From Acidobacteriota bacterium (GTDB lineage Bacteria > Acidobacteriota > Vicinamibacteria > Fen-336): a DNA stretch of 52,481 nucleotides. The stretch covers positions 1 through 52,481 of the forward strand of contig JAJDNV010000255.1 in assembly GCA_022340545.1 (NCBI GenBank), written 5' to 3'. Under the pieces are notes generated by a model. That model was not told the DNA's origin and made no database searches. It worked only from the letters and a program-made list of their open reading frames with translations. Of this stretch, positions 1 to 9,098 are shown piece after piece. Each line of letters starts with the position of its first letter. Positions within the stretch are counted from its first letter, which is position 1. Made by a program: the position numbers and the translations under genes.

Positions 1-2
1 TC

Positions 3-992
3 GTGGCGGTGGAGGTGGGCCTGCGTCTGCTCTACGCGAAGCTGGCCTTCGGCCCGGCGCTCTTCGTGCTGATCCTGGCGCCGGAGTTCTACCGACCCCT
101 GCGGTCGCTGGGTGCGGCCTTCCATGCGGGCATGGCGGGGCGCGAGGCGCTGGGGCGGATCGGCGAGGTTCTCGACGAAGACGGGGCAGTCGTGGCCCCG
201 GCGGTCCTCGACGGAGCTCGGCCCCCGGTGCTGGCAAGGAATGGGGAGCCGGACACCCCGCCGCGCCTGGAGCTCGAGCGGGTGAGCTTCACCTACGGCG
301 AGGAGCGCCCTCCCGCGCTGGACCGGGTGTCGTTCACCGTCGACGCCGGGACCACCGTTGCCCTCGTCGGGCCGACGGGAGCGGGCAAGTCGACCGTGGC
401 TCACCTCCTTCTTCGCTTCGCGGAACCCCATTCCGGTGTCCTCCGAGCTGACGGTCGGCCGCTCGCGGAGATCGCCCCCGAGGAGTGGCGGCGCCGGGTG
501 GCCTGGGTTCCGCAGCGTCCGCGTCTTTTCCACGGCTCGCTCCTCGAGAACCTCCACCTCGCGCGACCCGGGGCGACGAGAGCGGAGGTCGAGAAGGCGG
601 CGGCGGCGGTCCGCCTCGACACCCTCGTCCGGGACCTCCCACAGGGATGGGAGACCCCTCTGGGTGAGGGAGGAGAACGGCTGTCCGGGGGCGAGGCGCA
701 GCGGGTGGCCCTGGCTCGGGCGGCGTTGAAGGCTGTCCCCGTCCTCCTCCTCGACGAGCCAACCGCTCACCTCGACCCCGAGCACGAGGCGGCGATCGTG
801 GAGGCAATGGGGAACCTGCGCCGCGAGCGCACCGTGCTGCTGATCGCCCACCGCATCACCACAGTCCTCGACGCCGACCGCATCGTCCTCCTCGACCACG
901 GGCGGGTGGCCGAGCAGGGCACCCACGACGAGCTCCTCGAGGTGGGCCGGCTCTACCCGCGCCTGGTCGCGGCCTGGGGAGGAGCGGCGTGA
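3..992 (+). CDS. cydD: Thiol reductant ABC exporter subunit CydD (5'-truncated by window edge)
   Basis: LAPEFYRPLRSLGAAFH CydD signature; Walker A GPTGAGKS, LSGGE signature, LLLDEPT; overlaps downstream cydC (GTGA). Confidence 0.92.
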   Translation: MAVEVGLRLLYAKLAFGPALFVLILAPEFYRPLRSLGAAFHAGMAGREALGRIGEVLDEDGAVVAPAVLDGARPPVLARNGEPDTPPRLELERVSFTYGEERPPALDRVSFTVDAGTTVALVGPTGAGKSTVAHLLLRFAEPHSGVLRADGRPLAEIAPEEWRRRVAWVPQRPRLFHGSLLENLHLARPGATRAEVEKAAAAVRLDTLVRDLPQGWETPLGEGGERLSGGEAQRVALARAALKAVPVLLLDEPTAHLDPEHEAAIVEAMGNLRRERTVLLIAHRITTVLDADRIVLLDHGRVAEQGTHDELLEVGRLYPRLVAAWGGAA

Positions 993-2803
993 GCACCGAT
1001 GCCGGGCGTCTCCTCGGGCTGGTGGCTCCCGAGCGGCGGGGTGTGGGGCTCGCCGTCCTGCTTCAGGTGCTCACCGTCCTGGCCGGGGTCGGACTGATGG
1101 GCACCTCGGCCTGGCTCATCTCGAAGGCCGCCCTGCACCCCTCGATCGCCGCGCTCCAGGTGGCGATCGTGGGCGTCCGTTTCTTCGGAATCTCGCGCGG
1201 GGTCTTCCGCTACCTCGAGCGCCTCGTCTCACACGACGTGACTCTGCGGTTGCTCACGCGTCTACGGGTGCGCGTCTACCGCGCGCTCGAACCGCTCGCC
1301 CCGGCCCGCCTGGTGGGATTCCGGAGTGGAGACGTCCTCGGGCGCGTCCTGGAGGACGTAAGCACGCTCGAGAACCTCTACGTGCGTCTCCTCGGACCGA
1401 GCCTGTCCGCCCTGGTCATCGCGGCGGTCGTCGGTGCCGTGCTTCTCCCGCTCGGGGCGGTGCTTGCCGTGATGGCCCTCGCCGGCCTCGGCGTCGCCGG
1501 CCTGCTCGTTCCGGGCCTCGCCGCCCGCGTCGGACGGGACCCCGGACGACGGCTCGTCGAGACGCGCGCCGAGCTCGGGGCCGAGCTCATCGACGGCGTG
1601 CAGGGGGTGGGCGAGATCCTCGCCTTCGGTGGCGAGGAGAGCCACGCCGCTCGTGTCGCCGCCCGCGGGCGGACGCTGGTCGCCGAACAGGACCGCCTGG
1701 CCCGGGCCTCCGCCCTCGGGGGCTCGCTCGTCGGCCTGGCCGCCGATCTGTCGGTGGTCGGTGTCGTCACCCTCGCCATCCCCGCCGTTCGCGGGGGAGA
1801 CCTCGACGGCGTGAGCCTCGCCGTGGTCGCCCTCGTGACGCTCGCCGCGTTCGAGGGGGTGGCCGCACTCCCCGCGGCGTGGCAGGGGCTCGGGGCGACC
1901 GGAGCCGCCGCTCGTCGACTCTTCGAGATCATCGACAGGTCCCCGGCGGTGGAGGAGCCCCGGTCGCCCGCCGAGGCCGGAGGACGGGCCGAGCGTGGCG
2001 GGACGAAGGCGCCGCTGCGGAACGCCCCACTCCTCGAGCTCCGCGGCCTGTGCTTCACCTACCCCGGAGCCCATCGGCCGGCCCTCGGCGGGATCGACAT
2101 CCGGCTCGGCCGCGGGCAACGGCTCGCGGTGGTGGGCGCCAGCGGCTCCGGCAAGTCCACCCTCGCTCACCTGATCCTTCGCTTCTGGGACGTGCCCGAT
2201 GGCTCGATCTGGCTGCGAGGTCGCGACGTGCGGTCGCTGCCGACCGACGCGGTGCGGGGTGACGTCGCGTTCTCGGCGCAGCGGACCCACCTCTTCACCG
2301 GGACCGTGAAGGACAACCTGCTCCTGGCGAACCCGAAGGCGAGCGGGGAGGAGATCGCACGCGTCGTGGACGCCGCCCAGCTCGGGGCCCTGGTGTCGCG
2401 TTTGCCCCGTGGTCTCGACACCTGGATCGGGGAGCAGGGCCTCCAGCTCTCCGGCGGGGAGCGCCAGCGCCTGGCCCTGGGCCGGGCGCTCTTGCGGCCG
2501 GCCTCGATCCTTCTCCTGGACGAGCCCACCGCCCACCTCGACGCGGTCACCGAGCGCAGCGTTCTTGAGGAGATCGTGCGGGCCGGGGACGGGCGGGCCA
2601 CGCTCCTGATCACCCATCGCCTCGTGGGGCTCGAGTCCTTCGACGAGGTGCTGGTGCTGGAGCGGGGACGGGTCCGGGAGCGGGGAAGGGCGCGGGAGCT
2701 CGCCTCGCGAGGCGGCCCCTTCGCCCGGATGCTCGCCCTGCAGAGGGCGAGGGGGGCCCTGGGCGACGACGCCTTCAGAAGTTCAGGGTCGGTGCGCGGC
2801 TGA
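989..2803 (+). CDS. cydC: Thiol reductant ABC exporter subunit CydC
   Basis: SAWLISKAA...VRFFGISRGVFRYLERLVSHD CydC N-terminal signature; GASGSGKS, LSGGERQR, LLLDEPT. Confidence 0.93.
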   Translation: MSTDAGRLLGLVAPERRGVGLAVLLQVLTVLAGVGLMGTSAWLISKAALHPSIAALQVAIVGVRFFGISRGVFRYLERLVSHDVTLRLLTRLRVRVYRALEPLAPARLVGFRSGDVLGRVLEDVSTLENLYVRLLGPSLSALVIAAVVGAVLLPLGAVLAVMALAGLGVAGLLVPGLAARVGRDPGRRLVETRAELGAELIDGVQGVGEILAFGGEESHAARVAARGRTLVAEQDRLARASALGGSLVGLAADLSVVGVVTLAIPAVRGGDLDGVSLAVVALVTLAAFEGVAALPAAWQGLGATGAAARRLFEIIDRSPAVEEPRSPAEAGGRAERGGTKAPLRNAPLLELRGLCFTYPGAHRPALGGIDIRLGRGQRLAVVGASGSGKSTLAHLILRFWDVPDGSIWLRGRDVRSLPTDAVRGDVAFSAQRTHLFTGTVKDNLLLANPKASGEEIARVVDAAQLGALVSRLPRGLDTWIGEQGLQLSGGERQRLALGRALLRPASILLLDEPTAHLDAVTERSVLEEIVRAGDGRATLLITHRLVGLESFDEVLVLERGRVRERGRARELASRGGPFARMLALQRARGALGDDAFRSSGSVRG

Positions 2804-2913
2804 TCCGCGAGGGTCTCCGCGAGGAGCTCGTTCGGAGTGGACGAGCTGGCGACGTTGCTGCGAGGTCCTGGATTCCGGCGGCCTGAAGCGCGCGACCCTC
2901 GAGAAGCGCCGAC

Positions 2914-3483
2914 TCAGCCCAGCGTCTCGAGCAGGTCGACGACGTCGCGGATGTGCTGCGGGCAGCGGGTCCGGAACAGGCCTCGCCGATGCCCTTCCTC
3001 CCGCCCTTCGCGGGTGAAGACGTCGACCCCCAGGAGCTCTCGGCAGGTGAGGGCCCCGTGGCGTTCCCGGAAGGCAGCCACGAAGCGTCGCAGGCGTCCG
3101 AACAGCTCCCCCTCCTGGTCGACGTCTCCGAAGGTGGGTCGGGTCAGACCGTGCCTCATCCCCAGCACCAGGTACCCGGCCGCGACGGCTCCACACTCTC
3201 CGCCGACGGTGGAGCCGCCGGCCAGCGCCGCAGCCATCCGGCGAGCCAGCAGGGGGTCGAGGCCGTAATCGTCGGCGTAGGCCTCCAACACGGACTGGGC
3301 GCAGTGGAAGCCGCTCTCGAAGCTCATGACCGCAATCTCGGTGCGCTGCGCTGGTGACAGGAAGCTATCGCCTTCTGTCTTGTGGTCGTCGCCCGGCTCC
3401 GAGACTGGCCCCAGACGCCGCAGCGACGCCAGCGAGCCGATCCCGGCCAGAAACCCTCGGCGTCCAGCCTGAGCACTACTCAT
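2914..3483 (-). CDS. C-GCAxxG-C-C family putative redox-active protein with Tat-like signal
   Basis: GFHCAQSV, ECGAVAAG, LTCRELLG and RC motifs; start MSSAQAGRRGFL preceded by GGAGG. Confidence 0.85.
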   Translation of the reverse strand: MSSAQAGRRGFLAGIGSLASLRRLGPVSEPGDDHKTEGDSFLSPAQRTEIAVMSFESGFHCAQSVLEAYADDYGLDPLLARRMAAALAGGSTVGGECGAVAAGYLVLGMRHGLTRPTFGDVDQEGELFGRLRRFVAAFRERHGALTCRELLGVDVFTREGREEGHRRGLFRTRCPQHIRDVVDLLETLG

Positions 3484-3575
3484 CTCGACCTCCGCCTCGG
3501 ACGGCACGCGCGCCGAGCCTGGGCCGGCCAGCCCCCTTGGGCCGGCAGGCACGGCTCACCTCCGGCCAGGATTTC

Positions 3576-3584
3576 AGCATAGCA
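3576..3584 (-). promoter_or_regulatory. Candidate extended -10 (TGCTATGCT) for the C-GCAxxG-C-C gene
   Basis: Identical 10-mer AGCATAGCAG also occurs at 5821-5830 upstream of the sigma54 activator; fits the recurring TGCTAnnnT motif. Confidence 0.45.
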
Positions 3585-3824
3585 GCCAGCCGGACCATTG
3601 CTGGAACGATAGACGGCCAGGTGCCTCGTACCCCACGGAGAGCGAAGCCCCCATCGTCGATTGGCAGCCCCCCCCAGCGCCGTGGGGCGGAAAGCAACTG
3701 ACCGGCGCGGCGCAAGCGAGGTACGCTTCCAGCCGGACGCCGGTGTTCGGCGGACAGCTCGTGTGAGCGCTGCCAGGAAGGGCCCGGTTCCGCCCGGGGG
3801 ACACGAGGACTGAGAGGTTTCCGT

Positions 3825-4304
3825 ATGGACGTCACATATCGCTCCATCGGCGTCATTCACAGCCCCTTTGCCGACCTGGAGGGAATGCCCATCCAACCGA
3901 CAAGCAAGGCCAGTGCACCCGGCGTGGCCGAGGTGTTCCCGGAGTTCGCGGACGGCCTGAGGGATCTTGATGGCTTCTCCCACGTCATCCTGCTGTATCA
4001 CCTGCATGAGGTTCGCCGGGCAGCCCTGATAGTGACGCCGTTTCTCGGGAAGCAGGCTCGGGGGGTCTTCGCCACACGGGCCCCGACCCGACCCAATCCC
4101 ATCGGCCTCTCGATCGCCGAGTTGGTCCGGATCGAGGGCAACAGGCTGCATCTGGCGAACGTCGACATCCTGGACGCCACGCCACTTCTCGACATCAAGC
4201 CCTACGTGCCGGAGTTCGACCAGCCCGCGGATGTTCGTACCGGCTGGCTCGAACCGGCTCAGGGCAAGGTCAGGTCCAGAAAGTCGGACGACCGCTTCGT
4301 CTGA
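3825..4304 (+). CDS. tsaA: TsaA/TrmO-like SAM-binding protein (tRNA m6t6A37 methyltransferase family), short stand-alone form
   Basis: IGVIHSPF, GFSHVILLYHLH, GVFATRAPTRPNPIGLS, TPLLDIKPY. Confidence 0.88.
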   Translation: MDVTYRSIGVIHSPFADLEGMPIQPTSKASAPGVAEVFPEFADGLRDLDGFSHVILLYHLHEVRRAALIVTPFLGKQARGVFATRAPTRPNPIGLSIAELVRIEGNRLHLANVDILDATPLLDIKPYVPEFDQPADVRTGWLEPAQGKVRSRKSDDRFV

Positions 4305-4364
4305 GTGTCGCTGCGGGACGTGGCGCCCGGCGGGGCGGGAGAGCGGTGCCGCGTCGAGTGGCCC

Positions 4365-5825
4365 TCAGCCCCGTCCGGACGCGCCTTCCTTTGTCGCCAT
4401 GCGCCCGTCCCGGGTCGGCGGCTCGATCCCGAGCTTGCGGATCTTGCGGTGCAGGGTCGTCTTGTGCATGCCGAGCTCGCGCGCCGCCGCGGTGCGGTTC
4501 CCACCGCAACGCTCCAACGCCTCGCGGATCAGTCGGGTCTCGAAGGCCCCGACGGCCGAGGGCCGGTCGGTGTGCGAGCCGCGGACGCGAGCCCGGAACC
4601 AGTCGGGGAGATCCGAGACCTCGATGCGATCGGTGCCGGCCAGGACGTACGCGTGCTCCAGAATGTTCTCCAGCTCGCGCACGTTGCCCGGAAACTCGTA
4701 CGCCATGAGCAGTTCCATGACCTCATGCGACACGGTGCTCACGACCTTCGCCCGTGCCATCGACAGGCGACGCAGGAAGCTCTCCGCCAGCAGCGGTACG
4801 TCTTTGATTCGTTCTCTCAGCGGAGGTATCTCGAGCCGGATGACGTTGACCCGGTAGAACAGATCCTGCCGGAACCGCCCCTCCTCCACGAGCCTGCCGA
4901 GATCCTGGTGGGTGGCGACGACGATCCGGGCATCGGCCTCCCGGCTGCGCACCTCGCCCAGGGGCTCATAGAGCCTCTCCTGGAGCAGCCGGAGCAGCTT
5001 GACCTGGATCCCGACCGGCAGGTCCCCGATTTCGTCCAGAAACAGCGTTCCGCGCGCGGCCGCGGCGACCCGGCCCGGCTTGTCCCTGTTCGCCCCGGTG
5101 AAGGCGCCGGCCCGGTAGCCGAACAGCTCGGACTCCAGCAGCGGCTCGGGCAGGGCCCCGCAGTTGATGGTGACCAGCGGCCCGTCGCTCCGCGCGCTCA
5201 GGCGGTGGATGGCCTTCGCCAGCAACCCTTTCCCGGTGCCGCTCTCGCCCCCGATCAGGACCGTGCTCTCGCTCTCGGCGATCGTCGGCACGATGTCGAG
5301 GATGTGCAGGAGGACCGGGTCCTGGGTGATGATCTGCTCCCGGCCGTGATCGGCCTCCGCCTGCTGGAGAAGCTCCTTGACCAGGTTGAGGTCGCGGAAG
5401 GTCTCGACGCCCCCGATGACGTGTCCGTCCTTGTCCTTGAGGAGGGCGGTGGAGACGGTGACGGGGACCCGGTTCCCCCGAGCGTCGCGGATGTGCACGG
5501 GCAGATTCACGATCGGCCGACCCGTTTCCATCGTGTACCTGAGCGCGCACGCCTCCTCGCAGATGTTCGAGCGGAACACCTCGCGGCACGGCCGCCCGAG
5601 GGCTCGTACCCGGGGGATGCCGATGGTCCTCTCGGCGGCGCTGTTGAAGCAGGTGATGCGCCATTCCTTGTCGACGGCGAAGACGCCGTCGGAGATGCTG
5701 TTGACGACGGTCTCGAAACGGTCGCCGCACCCGTGAGTGTCGGGCGTCTTGGTGTCAGGCTGGGGTGTCCGGTCCTTCCTGGCCAGGATGTGCCTCGCTC
5801 TCCGTGCGCCTCGGATCTCGAGCAT
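4365..5825 (-). CDS. Sigma54-dependent activator, PAS-AAA+-Fis HTH, OrpR-like (C-X8-C-X3-C in PAS)
   Basis: [42 protein letters not shown]; PAS contains [14 protein letters not shown]. Start uncertain: the ATG at 5825 lies inside a likely -10 box, so CTG at 5786 is an alternative. Confidence 0.9.
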   Translation of the reverse strand: MLEIRGARRARHILARKDRTPQPDTKTPDTHGCGDRFETVVNSISDGVFAVDKEWRITCFNSAAERTIGIPRVRALGRPCREVFRSNICEEACALRYTMETGRPIVNLPVHIRDARGNRVPVTVSTALLKDKDGHVIGGVETFRDLNLVKELLQQAEADHGREQIITQDPVLLHILDIVPTIAESESTVLIGGESGTGKGLLAKAIHRLSARSDGPLVTINCGALPEPLLESELFGYRAGAFTGANRDKPGRVAAAARGTLFLDEIGDLPVGIQVKLLRLLQERLYEPLGEVRSREADARIVVATHQDLGRLVEEGRFRQDLFYRVNVIRLEIPPLRERIKDVPLLAESFLRRLSMARAKVVSTVSHEVMELLMAYEFPGNVRELENILEHAYVLAGTDRIEVSDLPDWFRARVRGSHTDRPSAVGAFETRLIREALERCGGNRTAAARELGMHKTTLHRKIRKLGIEPPTRDGRMATKEGASGRG

Positions 5826-5852
5826 AGCAGAAACGCCACTGTACATTCTGGA

Positions 5853-5876
5853 CAGAGTAGCGGTATCGCTACTCTG
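5853..5876. promoter_or_regulatory. Palindromic upstream activator sequence for the sigma54 promoter
   Basis: Perfect inverted repeat CAGAGTAGCG-GTAT-CGCTACTCTG about 95-120 bp upstream of the -24 box; degenerate copy ATAGCA-GAAA-CGCCACT at 5824-5840. Confidence 0.7.
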
Positions 5877-5970
5877 CGAGTGTCTCCTCACCCACATGAA
5901 GGGCCTCGCTTCCATCGGCAGGACTGGCATCCAGAGAGAAGCGGGCGGAAGGCCCACCATCCTGTGGGGC

Positions 5971-5986
5971 TGGCACACGATCTGCT
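5971..5986 (+). promoter_or_regulatory. Sigma54 -24/-12 promoter
   Basis: TGGCAC-ACGAT-CTGCT with GG-N10-GC spacing, about 60 bp before ORF 6048, divergent from a sigma54 activator. Confidence 0.8.
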
Positions 5987-6047
5987 CTCTGTCTTGGTAG
6001 GCCCGGGGACGCAGCGGATGGCGCCCCGGAGGAAGGGAGACGACGAG

Positions 6048-6236
6048 ATGAAAGCCAAGCACGGAGACACCGTATACGTGGGACTCGAGCCCCACCACGC
6101 CGCGCGCCCCATGAAGGTGGTTGTGGCCGAGGACGGATGCACCTGGTTGTGCGACGCTGACGTGGACGAGAGCAAGGGCCTGAAGGAGCAGGGGTGCTGG
6201 AGTTGCGCCGAGGTCCCGTTCACCCGCGACGATTGA
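6048..6236 (+). CDS. Small (62 aa) Cys-rich hypothetical protein with CxxC
   Basis: MKAKHGDTVY...CTWLCD...GCWSCAEVPFTRDD; AAGGGAG RBS; first gene after the sigma54 promoter; appears only as the tail of a long shadow ORF in the track. Confidence 0.75.
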   Translation: MKAKHGDTVYVGLEPHHAARPMKVVVAEDGCTWLCDADVDESKGLKEQGCWSCAEVPFTRDD

Positions 6237-6291
6237 CCGGACCGGCGGCCAGCACGGACCCCCCGCCTGACCACCCGAAACGGAGGAGACA

Positions 6292-8247
6292 TTGAGCGAG
6301 GTCACGTTCACGCCGCTGGCGATCGGTGCCGTGATGCTGCCCAACCGGATCGCGCTGGCGCCGGTCAAGACCGCCCTGGGAGGCACGGACGGCTGTGCCT
6401 CCCGCCGGCACGTCGAGCACTACCGCCGCCGCGCCGCCGGAGGAGCGGGGCTCGTCATCGTGGAGCCGTTGTACGTCGATCCCCTCGGCAAGGAGCACCC
6501 GAAGCAGCTCGGGGCCTCCAGCGACGACGCCATCGCCGGCCTGCGGGACGTCGTGGAGGCGGTCCACAATCACGGTGCGCTTGCCTTCGCCCACCTCAAT
6601 CACGCCGGGCGCGCCGCGAACCCGAAGGCCATCGGCGGTGCGCCGGAGGCGCCGTCGGCCGTGGCCTGTCCGAGCACCGGAGCCACGCCCACGGCGATGA
6701 CCGGCGAGCGGATCCGGGAGATCGTGGGTGCCTACGGGCAGGCCGCGCGCCGGGCTCGCGAGAGCGGCTTCGACGGGGTCGAGATCCAGCTCGGCCTCGG
6801 CTACCTGCCGGCCCAGTTCCTGTCGCCGAGGACCAACCGGCGAGGCGACGAGTACGGGCCCCGCGGCGAAGACCGGTGGCGCTTCGCGCACGAGGTCGTG
6901 GCGGCGGTGCGTCGGACCCTTGGCGAATCGAGGGCCCTCACCGCTCGTCTGTCCGCCGAGGAGAAGGTCGAGGGTGGGTTGGCGCTCGCGGACGCGGTCG
7001 AGCTGGCGCGCCGGCTCGAGGAGTGGGGCGTCGACGGTTTGCACGTCGTTGTCGGCTCGGCCTGCGACAGCCCCGCCTGGTATTACCAACACATGGCGCT
7101 GCCCGAGGGCGTGAACGAGAAGCGAGCGGCGGACATCCGGGCCGAGGTCTCGATTCCGGTGATGGCGGCCGGTCGGCTCGGCGACCCGGGGCGCATCCGG
7201 TCGGTGCTTGGCGAGGGTGGCGTCGATGCCGTGGCCCTTGGGCGCCCCCTGCTCGCCGACCCGGACCTCCCGCACAAGATGGCGCAGGGTCGGGAGGACG
7301 AGATCATGGCCTGTGGGTCCTGCCTTCAGGGCTGCCTCGCCCAGGTGAAGGGCGGCGGGCCGATCGGCTGCATCGTCAACCCCGAGGTGGGGCACGAGGG
7401 GGTGGTGGCCCCGGCCGTGGCGCTCGGTGAGCGTCTGGTCGTGGTGGGTGGCGGCCCGGCGGGGATGGAGGCCGCGCTGATGGGTCGTCGTGCGGGGTAC
7501 GAGGTCACCCTGCTCGAGGGCGACGGTCGGCTGGGGGGGCAGTTCGCCCTGGCCCCCGTGAGTCCCGGCAAGGGGGCCATGGAGAGGCCCTTACGGTCGC
7601 TGATCCGGGCGGTGCAGAGCGCCGGCATCGACGTCCGGACGAGGTTCGATGCCACCCCGGCCGCCGTCGAGGCGCTCAAACCCGACCGCGTGGTCCTGGC
7701 GACAGGCTCCCGCCCCGTGATCCCTCCGATTCCCGGGTTGGACGATCCCCTCACCGCGGCAGAAATCCTGACCGGCCGCCGGCAGCCTGGACCGCGTGTG
7801 CTGATCCTCGGCGGCGGCCTCGTCGGCATCGAGATGGCCGAGATGCTGGCCGCCCGGGACCACGAGGTGGTGGTGGTCGAGCTGCTCGAGGACATCGCCC
7901 GCGACATGGAGGCCGTCACCCGCAAGATGACCCTCCGGCGCCTGCAGGAGCTGCCGCTGACGATCCACACCTCCACCCGCCTCACTCGGCTGGAAGACGG
8001 CGAGGCGTTCGTGGTCGCGGAAGGCTCGACCGACGAGGTCTCGGTGGGATCGTTCGACTCGGTGATAGTGGCGGTGGGGCACCGGTCGTACGATCCCCTC
8101 TCCGCCGAGCTCGAGAAGGCCGGCCTCGACGTGGCCGTCATCGGGGACGCGGTGCGGCCGGGCCAGATTCTTGACGCGACCCGGACGGGCTTCCTGGCCC
8201 TGACCCGCGACCGCGGGGCGTTGGCAGGGGGCGGTGACCACGGTTGA
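6292..8247 (+). CDS. NADH:flavin oxidoreductase, OYE barrel + 4Fe-4S + FAD/NAD domains (FadH/BaiCD/TMADH-like)
   Basis: LPNRIALAP, GYLPAQFLSPRTNRRGDEYG, LGRPLLADP, CGSCLQGC...CIVNP, GGGPAG, GGGLVG; TTG start after GGAGGAG. Confidence 0.9.
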   Translation: MSEVTFTPLAIGAVMLPNRIALAPVKTALGGTDGCASRRHVEHYRRRAAGGAGLVIVEPLYVDPLGKEHPKQLGASSDDAIAGLRDVVEAVHNHGALAFAHLNHAGRAANPKAIGGAPEAPSAVACPSTGATPTAMTGERIREIVGAYGQAARRARESGFDGVEIQLGLGYLPAQFLSPRTNRRGDEYGPRGEDRWRFAHEVVAAVRRTLGESRALTARLSAEEKVEGGLALADAVELARRLEEWGVDGLHVVVGSACDSPAWYYQHMALPEGVNEKRAADIRAEVSIPVMAAGRLGDPGRIRSVLGEGGVDAVALGRPLLADPDLPHKMAQGREDEIMACGSCLQGCLAQVKGGGPIGCIVNPEVGHEGVVAPAVALGERLVVVGGGPAGMEAALMGRRAGYEVTLLEGDGRLGGQFALAPVSPGKGAMERPLRSLIRAVQSAGIDVRTRFDATPAAVEALKPDRVVLATGSRPVIPPIPGLDDPLTAAEILTGRRQPGPRVLILGGGLVGIEMAEMLAARDHEVVVVELLEDIARDMEAVTRKMTLRRLQELPLTIHTSTRLTRLEDGEAFVVAEGSTDEVSVGSFDSVIVAVGHRSYDPLSAELEKAGLDVAVIGDAVRPGQILDATRTGFLALTRDRGALAGGGDHG

Positions 8248-8276
8248 GCACGCCGCCCCGGTGGTGAGGTGAGAGC

Positions 8277-8582
8277 ATGAAACCCCGCGACCTGATCGAC
8301 GAGATGGAAGGCCAGGCGATCCTCACGCTCGAGCGCGAAGACCTTCCGAGACTCCTCGAGGTCGCGGAGACGATTCGGGCCGACGACACTGGCCTCTCGG
8401 GGTGGATCCGGATCCTGTCCATCGATGGACGCGTCGCGGTCCAGGAGCAGACACCCGACGGCGAGGTTCTGCTGCGGAGGCTCGCCTCGCGGGAGGCCGC
8501 CGAGCGCTTCGTTGACGGCCGGCTCGCAAGCTACGAGCGTATGTGGGATGGCTGTGGCTGCAAGATCGAATACCATCGCTGA
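8277..8582 (+). CDS. Hypothetical protein with C-terminal WDGCGC motif
   Basis: 101 aa, GAGG RBS, in operon; ends YERMWDGCGCKIEYHR. Confidence 0.75.
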   Translation: MKPRDLIDEMEGQAILTLEREDLPRLLEVAETIRADDTGLSGWIRILSIDGRVAVQEQTPDGEVLLRRLASREAAERFVDGRLASYERMWDGCGCKIEYHR

Positions 8583-8600
8583 GCGGGACTGGAGCGTGAC

Positions 8601-9089
8601 ATGAGCGGAGGCATCAACCCCGTGGCCGGCGGCATCGTCATTGGCATCGTCTTGACGCTGATCGTGATCCGCATGTTTGCGGCGCGGCTGATGATCCGGC
8701 GGGAAGTGGTCACGCTCACCCAGGACGGGGCAGTCGAGGCCATGCTCGAGGCCGCGGTCGCGAGGGGATGGAGCGTGCCGACCGTCCATCACCTCCATGA
8801 GAGCTCGCGCGAGGCGGGGCAGGAGATCCCGGCCGCGACGGTCATCGAGCTGTGCCGGCCCGATTACGCGGCGGGCCTCCTCGAGAGCGACGACGCCCGC
8901 GCGGTGTGCGCGATGCTCCCGTGCCGCCTCGCCGTGTACGAGACGACGAGCGGCGCCGTGGTCATCTCCCGCATGAACGTGGCTCTCATGGGCCGGCTCT
9001 TCGGAGGTGTGGCCCAGAGGGTGATGACCCGGGCCAGCAGCGCCTCCGAAGAGATCGTCGCCTCCCTTCGGAGGAGCTGGGGGGGCTGA
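8601..9089 (+). CDS. DUF302 domain protein with N-terminal membrane anchor
   Basis: VIELCRP...AMLPCRLAVYE DUF302 Cys motifs; hydrophobic N-terminus. Confidence 0.8.
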   Translation: MSGGINPVAGGIVIGIVLTLIVIRMFAARLMIRREVVTLTQDGAVEAMLEAAVARGWSVPTVHHLHESSREAGQEIPAATVIELCRPDYAAGLLESDDARAVCAMLPCRLAVYETTSGAVVISRMNVALMGRLFGGVAQRVMTRASSASEEIVASLRRSWGG

Positions 9090-9098
9090 CCATGCTCC

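Noticed and set aside
3484-3824. Riboswitch in the gap between the C-GCAxxG-C-C gene and tsaA
   Set aside because: No recognisable SAM, Moco or cobalamin consensus; only generic GC-rich stems
4305-6047. 643-aa + strand ORF 4305..6236 and similar long antisense ORFs (e.g. 1262..2617, 36857..38917, 47359..50133, 48914..51358)
   Set aside because: Shadow frames of real genes in high-GC DNA with no motifs; only the last 62 codons of 4305..6236 look real
2914-9089. Selenocysteine read-through in the Cys-rich redox genes
   Set aside because: The motif positions examined are ordinary Cys codons; TGA stops fall at plausible protein ends
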